From Selaginella moellendorffii (Eukaryota > Plantae > Lycopodiophyta), in the NCBI RefSeq assembly GCF_000143415.4, contig NW_003314363.1, positions 310,001 through 374,000 of the forward strand: a DNA stretch of 64,000 nt, read 5' to 3'. Below the pieces are notes generated by a model. The model did not search any database. It saw only the letters and a list, made by a program, of their open reading frames with translations, and was not told the origin of the DNA. Position numbers and translations under genes: made by a program. Shown piece by piece: positions 54,552 through 64,000 of the stretch. The number at the start of each line of letters is the position of its first letter. The stretch's first letter is position 1.

Positions 54552-57527
54552 TGATTCAATCACTTGCTGCCGCCGCCAAATCTCGGTCGCCCTGCCGCCG
54601 ATTGCTGGCGAGAATCACACATACCTTCTCGCGCAAACCATCGCGCTTGCTGGAGGGGCGGAAGAATGCCGCGCTTCTTAAATCGCGCCCCTACGCCCAC
54701 TCCCGATTAACGGTCCTTTGACCTATCTCGCCATCCAACGGCCCATCTCCCTAATTTTAAAACTTAAGTGGGCGGGAGCTCTAAGATGGCGGCGTCGCTT
54801 TCGCGCGCGTGGGTGACGCGCGGCCTACCGCCGGCAACGAGAACTGTTTTTCTGGTGCTCACGAGAACACTGTGGACGGCAAGTAGCCAACACTGTGCTT
54901 GCGAGCGATCGCGCGGTCAGTGAGTGTGAGGTTTTCTCTGAGCACTGCGCTGCAAATTGGTGTATCGATCTCGAATTCCAGTCTCTCTTGGCGCGTAATG
55001 GCAGCAACCAGCAGCAGCGATGGAATCGACCAGTGCGTGAGCATCTCCACAAGCATGAATTCTTGCAAGTGGGAGAGCAAGAGCAATTTATAGATCGATC
55101 GAGGCTTGTCTAGCTAGACATCGAAATGGACTGAAGAACCACATAAGAAAAGGAGAAAAAACACTCTCCTGGCACTCCCCTGTCCTGTCCCTCCCTTGTC
55201 GACTATTACAATACTCTTTAATCGAGCTGGGCTGTGCCCTGTACTCGAATCCGCGACTTCTCCCTCTGTTCTTAAAGTTTTCCCCCGGAGTGAATTCTCT
55301 TGACGTGGGTGGCGCCCAAAACGCTCTACGTCGACTTGGGTCGTCACGATTTGGCATCACCAATGGTGGGTCGAGCTCGAATTTATCATCTCAATCCGCG
55401 CTTGATCGCAATTTGGGCATCCTGGTCGCTTTTTCTCGTGCTTTCTTCGTGGACCCGGGCCCAAGAACTTTAACCCGTGTCAGGGAGGGCGAGTGTGTGT
55501 GAGTGAAGTGATTGCGATCTGCCCTTTGTTCGCTCGCGCGCCTGGCATTGCACATGGAGGAGCATCACAGCCGGTATAGATAGACAGCGGCGCAGCGCAC
55601 CACTTCCAGCCAACAAGAGCAGCCAAATTTGTTGGGATCAAGCGCTCCCAAGCTTGATTGATTGCTGGAATGATCATCGATCGAATCCAGAGATTATTCC
55701 AACCCCTCCAATATTCTATTTCCTCTGTTAAAAGATAGCTTTGCAATGCCTTTTGCCGCTGGATAGCACTCCAATCTATGCGTTGCAAGCCAGTCCAAGC
55801 CAGGCCAGCAGCACTTGCGCTCATGATTTTGCCTTCTTTTCTTTCGCTCGCCACCTTTTTCTCGTAGCCCGTACTAAAAGAATCGATCAAAGGTATATGG
55901 ATATGTATGCGTTGATTTTTCCGTGGGAGTTAGTTTAGCCTAATGGAGGATCAAGGGTCATGGCCACGATCATCTCCAAAATCTCGATCGTGGGATATCT
56001 GACCAGATCTTACGTTCCTTTCATTCCGTTTGATATGACCATCACCAAACACGGAGCAATTACAGGAATCTCCTGAAATTGATCGATGGATTTGCGCGTG
56101 TGACGCGAGCGGGACGAGATCAATCGGAAAATACCTTAAATTTTCGCTTTCACGATAGACGACCGTTCATTGCCGACAGTGCGAGAGCGCGTAAGTGCCC
56201 AGTGTTAAAATTTGCGAGTAGAATGTGTCTTTCATCCAGATTTTGACGAAAACCACACCCATGGGTCCCTTGTTGAGAAATTGCTTGACGAGCTTGACGA
56301 TGACACGAATCCAAAAGGTGGCGGTGGTGTGGATCCAAGCAAGATTAACGATTCCAATGTTATAAACCTCTGGGAATCTAGAGATGTGCCCTCCTCGATC
56401 GCAGCGATGGATTCATCGATCTGGCTGGCTGGACCAGCAAGCACAGGGAGAGCTAACGCAACACGCGCCCACATTCCCTGGATATGATATCTATACACCC
56501 ACAGACAATTGTCTCTGGGTTTGATCCATAGTTTTCCACCCAGACTTTCAACTGTGGTAAGAACCCTAACTTAGTTCCCGCCATCCAAGCTTCCATCAAA
56601 GCTAAGATTCCCACATGGAAAGCCTCGTTGGAATTTAGGTCTGGAGGACCATGGAGTTCTTAAGTTGGGACCCACACAACATTATAACGCTTGTGGTCTT
56701 GGGTCTACTCCCACGCTACTATTTGATCGATCCTTCCATCCTCTCTCCCATAACGATAAAATAATATCGCATTGGAATCAATCGCTCGATCGATCAGCCA
56801 GTGGCCATGGTCGTCGGGTCGCGACGTGGTCCCAAAATTCAAATCAATAGCTCTCTCTTATTTCATTCCTTACGATCAGTGTAGAACTCTACACTTGACA
56901 AGAGAGAAGCTTCTAAGAGCCCTAAAATTTAAATCGGTTTTATTAGTACTTTAAATTTGAAAATGGGCGCGATAATCCAAACCCAAACCGGGTCAAGAAG
57001 GCGTGCCGTCGGTACACAGGCAGTGGCGGCCCAGCAGCCAACCGCGTCGTGCCATCTCTGCCGCTGGGCAATGATAGTGGGCCACGTGGGGCCGCCCCAT
57101 TAGTTCCAGCTTACGCCCTTCATGTGGCTCCAAAAACCCCTCCCCTCCGGAGTTTCCATCTTGAGAGAAGCGATAGAGCGCCGCAACAGAGTAACAGAAG
57201 CGGCAGAGGGATTGTTGGCCACGCAAGGGATTCTTGTTTGATCAGGGCGCGTGAGCGAGCTAGGGTATAGCGATTCGTGCCGCCGTCATCGATTTCTTGG
57301 TTCCGGAGCAGCACAGTTGCATCGGATTCGCCTTTTCTTGCTTGGCCTGATCAAGCGCTTCCTTTTCCTCTTATCTTTCTTGGATTCCTGGATCTCCGTG
57401 AGCTCAGGAGCACGGATTTCCTTGGATTCTACTGCGTTCCTGGCTGGCATGCGCGATATTTTGGCTCTGTAGTGAAATTCTAGCGGTTCTGTGGGAGATT
57501 TTGTGGAGCATCGGTCGATCGAGAGCT

Positions 57528-59334
57528 ATGGCCGCTGCTGATTCGTCGTCTCGGCCTGTGCTCCGGCGAACGCAGCCAAAGGTGTTGCCAAAGACTCCTC
57601 CGGCGGCCCCCAAGCCGCTCAAGAGTGCTCCATCAATTGCCAAGAAACCATCCCCTCCTCCGGTGCCAGCGGCCGAGAAGATCAGCACTCCAAAGCTCCG
57701 TAGCGTCCAGATTCCAGTGCCGGGTCCAGCGGTTCTCAAGCCCGTGGCCGCGGATTTGAGCCCGGCGTCTGTTCTTCACGATCAGCCTAGCATTGTCGAC
57801 GAGGAGGACGATTCTTCCAGCATTGCCAGTAGCAGCTGCCACAGCAGCCCGTGCTTCAAGAAAGATCCCTCTTCCTCGCTTCTAAAGGGTGGGAAGAGCG
57901 TGGCAAAGAAGGCGCCGCCGAGAAAAATTCCAGAGGCTCCCTCCACTCCCGTGATAGCGAAGAGGACGACGACCACGATGTTTCCTTCTCCTCAAGAAGT
58001 TCTCGCCCAGAGGAAGCTCAAGATTTCTCACTACGGCCGCAAGCAAGGCTCGCCCAAGGCTGTGAAAGTCGTTCTTCCGGAGGAATCGCTCAACTCTCCT
58101 GCCACCCAGAAGCGATGCGCTTGGATTTCGCCTCAATGTGGTGAGTTTTTTTCTCCAGTGTTTTTTTTTCTTTCTTCAATGTTTGCTTCGTTTGTGGTGG
58201 GTTGTCAATCCGTCTGGTGAGCTGCTCGAATCTTTGCGTGATTGTTCTTTGTTTTGTTTCGCTTTGATTCTTCATCTAAAGCCTTTTTCAATGCAGATCC
58301 CGCGTACATCGCCTATCATGACGAAGAATGGGGAGTTCCTGTGCACGATGACAAGTAAGAGCTGGATCCTGTTGAGCTTTATTTTAGTATTGCTTGCTCG
58401 TTGCTGTTCCTATGAGTTGTTGCTTTCACTGTTCCTATAAGTTGTTGCTGATCCATCTGGTTTATTTTTTCCTTTCCACTTGGTGGTGTTGATGCAGCTT
58501 GCTTTTCGAGCTCCTGGTGCTAGCCGGTGCGCAGTCGGAGATGGGGTGGTCCTTAATTCTCAGCAAGCGAGATTGTTACAGGTTGGTAGCCACTGCTTCC
58601 ACTTCTTGCTCGTTTCTTTGCCTTCTCTTTTACTTTGATTCTACGTTGAATTTCTTGCACCTCGAGGGAATTGTGAACAGCGGGCATTAACGTGTGGATG
58701 TTTTCCTTTCTGTTTTCCCTTCTACTTCATCCAGGCGTGCCTTCCAAGGCTTCGATCCAGCAGCAGTGGCAGCCTTTGACAAGAAGAAAGTTGCTGCGTT
58801 GAAGAGCGACGTGGACATATATCAGCAGGAGGGAAAGCTCCAGGCAGTAATTGAGAATGCGGGACGTGTTCTACAGGTAACAGTTCATTCTTTCACGTCC
58901 CGATATTTTCTCCTTTTTTGCTTCCCTTTTTCCGTGCCTCACTCACTGTTCGACTGTTCGATGGCCAGATTGTCCAAGAATGTGGATCACTAAGCAATTA
59001 CTTGTGGGGCTTCTTGAATCACAAGCCCGTGACGCCCAACTTCCGGATGCCGGCCCAGGTCCCCATCAAAACGTCCAAGTCGGAGTTCATCAGCAGGGAC
59101 CTTGTCCGGAGAGGCTTCTCGTGCGTCGGGCCGACCACCGTCTACTCGCTCATGCAAGCCGCGGGGATGACCAACGATCACACCACGCAGTGCTTCAGGC
59201 ACAAGGAGTGCGCTGCCGCTGCCGAGGCGACGACGATCAAGACTGGAGCTCCATCGCCGAGCTTCGCAATCGCTAGCGCTGACAACCGAGATAACCTGAC
59301 GAGCAGCAGGAACAGCAGCGTTTTTGTTCACTGA
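57528..59334 (+). CDS. DNA-3-methyladenine glycosylase I (TAG) family protein, plant type with Pro/Ser/Lys-rich N-terminus, multi-exon
   Basis: KRCAWI, YIAYHDEEWGVPVHDD, LFELLVL.GAQ...W..IL.KR, ISRDLVRRGF..VGPT and GMTNDH...CFR. Confidence 0.93.
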
Positions 59335-59673
59335 TTTCCAGGGACGGAGTGGGGGCGATGATCGATCAAAAGGCAAGCAAAAATCGCCCATCGCCACAGC
59401 AAGAAGAGAAAGCTTTCGTCTCTCTCTCTCTTTTCTTTCCTCCCATTTACTTATTTTGTTGTACACTACAGAGCTTTTGTATTATACGTGTTGTGTTTGC
59501 TCTAAAAGTCAAAGAAGTCAACTTATAAAAGTCTTCACGTGAAAGAAATTCTAAAAAAGTTAACAGTCAAAGAAAGTCAAAAACCATTGTAGAACATTTT
59601 CCTGTAACCATTTTTTTCTCTCTCTCTTTTGTTTGTTTTTTTGCTTTTCCTTTTCATGGATGTTTTAGAATAA

Positions 59674-61500
59674 TCAAACCACCTGGAAAAGTTGGTCAAG
59701 GTGAGGCAAGGGAGAATTACGCCTTCTATCTTGTTGGTGGAGTTTGTGGTTTTCTTGCTGCTGATCTTGGTGTTGATCCTGTTGAGGCTTGGCCAAGACG
59801 AACAGCATGTCCCGCATAGCAGCCTGGTTTGGATTTGAGATCTTACTTAGGCCGAAGAAACGTTTATATAAAACGCTAGAACTTTACCTGGACGCTGCTC
59901 ATCGCAAAAGATCCAGCCCCGACATTCATGCCGGGCTTCAATGGATCGTCAATCCACAAAGACGTTGGCTGGAAGCTCGGCTCCAGCGCAAACATCCCTC
60001 CAGAGCTACCATTCGAGCCCTGGTTGGAAGACAAATCCAAAACGCAAATGAGAAGAGGAAGAAGAGAGTAAAGTGTGGAGTACCTTGAGTACGATCTTTG
60101 CTCTTGAGAAATCGAATTCCTGTCCAAAAATGTGAAGGAACCCAATCAAGAGCGTGCCAAGATTTGGTGCACCTGGAGCTTGGAGTGACACTAGCAAGTC
60201 ATCCACAATCCTCCAAGCCCGGGAAATAAGCTCCTCCTCTTGACACGGAGGCCTCGCGGCGGACACACAACCGTCCTCGGACGCCGTGGTAGACGCGGAC
60301 GAGTCCGTGAGATTTGTCTCGTCGTCCTCCGAGTCGGATACCTCGGACGATGCCACCGAATGATGATTCGCATTCGCAGGTGCTGAAACACCGTTTTTAT
60401 TGCCACTCCACGACACAGGCACTTGCTGCTAAAACGAACGCGAAGAAAAAAAAAAACAGAAAGCGATGAAAGACATGGAGAGAAAAGCTGGTTCTCTCTT
60501 GCGAAACTGGAAAAGACGATTGCTTCTTACCTCGAGGTAGAAGACGAGCAAGAGCGTGAGCGAGAAGGAGCCCAGGCCACCAGTGTAGACGTTGTTCAAT
60601 CCCTTGCAATGCAGGAAGGACTTCATGAGGAGCACCTGCAGCGTAACAGTGATACTTCACCACAGAAGTCGAGCGGGGATATCAACCTTCATACGAAAAG
60701 CGAGAAAGCTAGGCGCGTACCAGAGGAGCCAGCGCCGGGAGCTGGCGGAGTTTGTCGAGGACGTACTCTCTCGCGGCGGCTCCATTGTGGACAATCGCCG
60801 GAGAGATGGCTCCCGGCCTCTTCTTGCTGCTGCTGCTGCTAGTCCTGGAGCCTCCCCGCGACTTGCCACCGAGAGTTACGTCGATGGCCACCGGGGGAGC
60901 GTCGTCCGAAGCTACGTCCGGGAAAGGGTCGCAGCACAGCTTGATCACCGGCATGGAGGCCGTCTCGATCGTCATCAGCGACTTACACCACCTGTGGTGC
61001 TCCTTGAACTCGGCCGCGAGGCTGCGGATGAGCGGGAGGAAACCTCTCGCACCGTAGCCCCCGTCTGCGAGAACCGGAGGCGCTGGCGTGTCCAAAACGA
61101 CGACGTCCACGTCGCTATGTGGAAGGCACAGGCCTGTTGCGAACGAGCCAAACACCTGCAAGAACAAAGCTCAAGTTCCAGTCTTGTAAGAAAGAAACGA
61201 AAAAAAAAAGACCTCAACATCAGCTCCAGGCCAGAGCTGCTTCACTCCCCGTCGGACGCAATCCACCGCGGCCTCGGCCCGTGCTCGAGCCGCGGGTGAC
61301 GGCCTCGCAGTGCGAGCAAACTCCAAGATCTCGGCGTGGAGCACTCCAAAGTTGGAGTCCACGTTTGCCGCCACCGCCGGCGAAGGCAGCGAGAAAGCCG
61401 CCGGAGGGACGAGCATAACCGGGACGCTCCATGCAGCTCCAGGGATGTAAGTTTGATCCCTCTGGACGGGGCGATACCAAAAGCCATCCATCTCGCTCAT

Positions 61501-61532
<32 letters not shown>

Positions 61533-63082
61533 GGAAACGTATCGGTGTCAGGAGCGGAACGTGTGGCAAAGTCGTGAACGAGTGGAGCTGTATGAGTGGC
61601 AGCTTCTTCCTGTTGTTGGTGTTGTTGGTGTTGCTACTGGCATCGTCCCTTTGCTTCCACGGCTTTGGAGCCTTTCCCTCCGGAGCTTCCGACTTCGCGT
61701 CTGTGAAACCATTGCCAGTGATCTCGCTGTTGACGGCGGGATCCGGATCGTGTAGCCGGCCCATGATCGCTGCTGGAGAAGCAGCAGCAGCAGCATCCAG
61801 CTTCACTGCAGGAACCTTGGAGCTCCCGTTGCTTTTAACTGCAGCACTCTCCCTTTCTCCAGGTTGCATCCCAGACTTGAGAGCTGCTACGTACGAACCC
61901 CGGGAGGTGGAGCATTCCACTCCATCTTCTCCTCTATCACTTTCGCTCGCCAACACCCCCACCATTTTGTTGGTGCATGCAGCAACTTCGTCCCTTATCG
62001 CGTCACCACCTACATTATCCACTGCCAAATGCTCCCCGTTCGACGAAGATCTCCAGGCCCGGGAGAGATCTGCTCTACTCAAGCTCGTGCCCGTTGTGAA
62101 GCCATTCCGTTTTCGCGGAGAGCTCGCAGGGCCTGGCTTGGGCCAGTTTATCCGAGGCTTGCCGCGCACTGTCTCCCACTCGCTGCCATCGGATGATTCA
62201 AGCCTCTGGTTGCTGAAAAGCTTGAGCAACGCTGCTGTCTGCAAAGTTTCCAGGGAATTAAAAAAAGAAAGAAAAAATTTAATAAACGAATTAGTACAAA
62301 GTTGCGAGTACCTCGGACATGGACAGCTCTAGCCTGAATTTCTTTGCTTCATAATGGAAGAGTACCGGCCGAAAGGCATCCTCTTCAAGCGGTGCCCGAT
62401 TTTCTCGAATCCGCACGCGAACCTGGATGGATTCTCCCGGGTGTAAGTTGATGATCTACCACCCTTTGCAGTTAGATAGAACTACACGCAACTTACCTGC
62501 GCCGGATATCTGGAAACATCAACTCCGGACCTCGCATCCTTGTTGATCCAAGCATCCGGCTCGATATTCAAGCCACCATCACTAGATGCCTACAAGTAGA
62601 CGCAAAGTATTAAACCAAAACAAAAGAAGAACTTGGAATAAGATGGTTTTCTCGGGCTCACCTCAAATACTCCGTGCAAGCATCTGTTACTGTAGTTGTA
62701 GAGAAATAGTGGCAACCCTTTGCGTATGCCTTTGACGGAATCAATGAAACTCCTTGGCAGCCCTGCAGAGAGAGAGAGAGAGAGAGAAAGAGAAGAGGAG
62801 AACAGCACGATCGATTCAACACGGATCTAAACAGAGCAATTTGAAACAGTCACTCCATCCAATTAAGAACAACCAAAAAAGAAGCGAAGAGAAAATGGGA
62901 GAAAACGAAAAAAGACAAAAGATTTTACCGAAGAGGCACCGCTCAAAGTCTTCGGGCATGGTCTCATCGTTGCAAAAGAAGATGAATCCGCCCAGCGGCT
63001 GCTCGTGCGGGGACAATCGCGGTACCTCCTGCGGCACGCGCCGCTCCAAGAGAAGCCTGTGATGGTGCGCATTCACAACCAT
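59674..63082 (-). CDS. DCD-domain / TRF4(PAPD5)-like non-canonical poly(A) polymerase fusion protein, 10 exons, ~883 aa
   Basis: Exons 63082-62929, 62762-62662, 62589-62497, 62422-62312, 62238-61213, 61155-60721, 60635-60531, 60428-60084, 60019-59888 and 59823-59674, all GT-AG and phase-consistent. DCD: GGFIFFCNDETM...LFGLP...GLPLFLYNY...LHGVFEAS...YPAQVRV. NTase: FGSFATGLCLPHSDVDVV, IDVT, GGLGSFSL and IDDPLKPG.NVG. Confidence 0.88.
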
Positions 63083-63565
63083 GTCTGTGTCGCGGCCAAA
63101 ACCATCCAAAGAAGGGAGAAATCTCTGAAATCTCAACAAAATCCTTGCCACGGAGAGAAGACACCGATTCCAAGCGCTAGAAATCTCACTCCGCCCGCCC
63201 CGGCGGGCCTGATTAGCTCCGTCACCGGGGCGAAAGCTTCCAGAACAGCAAATTCGTGGAGAATCTCAGAGAATTCGGCTGCTGCGGGGGAGAGAGAATG
63301 AAAAGCCCTAATCTCTTCCACACAAACCCTAAAAAATTTAATGTCCCGTGTCAAACTATATCGCTGAAAGCCTTTTTTTTTTTCTAAAAGACCACTATCT
63401 CTTCCGGGTTCCCTGGTCCAGTTGCCAAAGCGAAAGGAGAAAAATTCAACCAAAGAGTGTCCTCCTCTGTACGAAGCACTCCAAATTTTTTTTCCAAAAT
63501 TCCTTTTTTTTTTCCACGGCGAATGAATGATATATATATTTTTGTCTCGAGAGCAGTCGCGTCCT

Positions 63566-64000
63566 CTAAAAACCTCCAAAAATCGCGAGGAATGCCTCCG
63601 CGTTGGTCAGGTCGTTGAGAATCACGGCATTCGTGCCGCTGGCTTGACGCAATTCACTGCCGGTGAAAATCCCGGTGCACACGGCGACGGGAAGAGCGCC
63701 TCCGAGCTCGGCCGCAGCGACGTCGTTGGGCTGTAGAAAAAAGTTTTTTTTTTTCTTGTGAGCAAAGATGGAAAGAACAAGAAAAAACGTGTTTTTTTTT
63801 TTTTTTTCTCTTTGCTTACCGTGTCGCCAACGTGAGCGTGCAGACGGATGGTCTTGTCGAAGAGCTGGAGAGCTTTTTGGCGAGAGAGCTTGACGAGCTC
63901 GCCGCGGTCTTCATGGTCACTGCCAAATCTTCGCAAGACAAGAGAGTTTTCTCTTCGTCTTGATGGGAAAGAACGACCGAATCGAAGAACTTACCCTCCG
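63566..64000 (-). CDS. 3' exons of a HAD-like hydrolase (continues beyond the window)
   Basis: SDHEDRGELV...HVGDT|PNDVAAAELGGALPVAVCTGIF (HAD motif IV); stop at 63566-63568. Confidence 0.75.

Noticed and set aside
54786-56500. Short ORFs (54786+, 55480-55890-, 56212-56487+) and a TGGCGCCCAA primer-binding-site-like word at ~55310
   Set aside because: No LTR pair, gag/pol homology or convincing gene model.
58499-58560. TAG glycosylase has Ala where bacterial TAG has the 3-methyladenine-binding Glu
   Set aside because: As I recall, plant TAG homologues generally carry a small residue here, so it is not specific to this locus.
1-64000. CRISPR arrays, rRNA, tRNA, intact transposons and prokaryotic defence systems
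   Set aside because: None seen; the sequence is spliceosomal-intron-containing plant nuclear DNA without regularly spaced repeats or transposase/RT ORFs.

Overview
Gene-dense eukaryotic (plant) nuclear DNA with short GT-AG introns (mostly about 50-100 bp) and very short intergenic spacers. Compactness, a cyanovirin-N-homologue gene and PLS-DYW PPR genes suggest a non-seed vascular plant such as Selaginella (inference, not verified). From left to right: an AT-rich/decayed segment; a divergent cytochrome c; a secreted CVNH lectin; a 3-exon phytosulfokine-like precursor that the ORF track misses; purple acid phosphatase; CAD; HAD hydrolase; the first of seven SAUR genes (12-39 kb, interleaved with the next genes); a decayed copy of an IGHMBP2/SMUBP-2-like helicase carrying a stand-alone I29 inhibitor ORF; the intact helicase; CWC22; plastid TypA/BipA; dihydrofolate synthase; LSm5; plastid RPL9; a PPR-DYW gene; a ~3.55 kb tandem duplication (PPR 3' half + atypical CDK-like kinase + F-box 5' end) with an F-box/PPR chimeric junction; an F-box gene; an orphan ORF; a TAG-type glycosylase; a 10-exon DCD + TRF4-like nucleotidyltransferase fusion; and the 3' end of another HAD gene. 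Most notable: (1) the PSK-like precursor ending AHVDYIYDFKP; (2) the DCD-nucleotidyltransferase fusion; (3) the cytochrome c with Met80 replaced by Lys; (4) a short, intact DYW-deaminase ORF created by the duplication. Gene models were spliced by hand and family calls come from recalled motifs; no database search was run.
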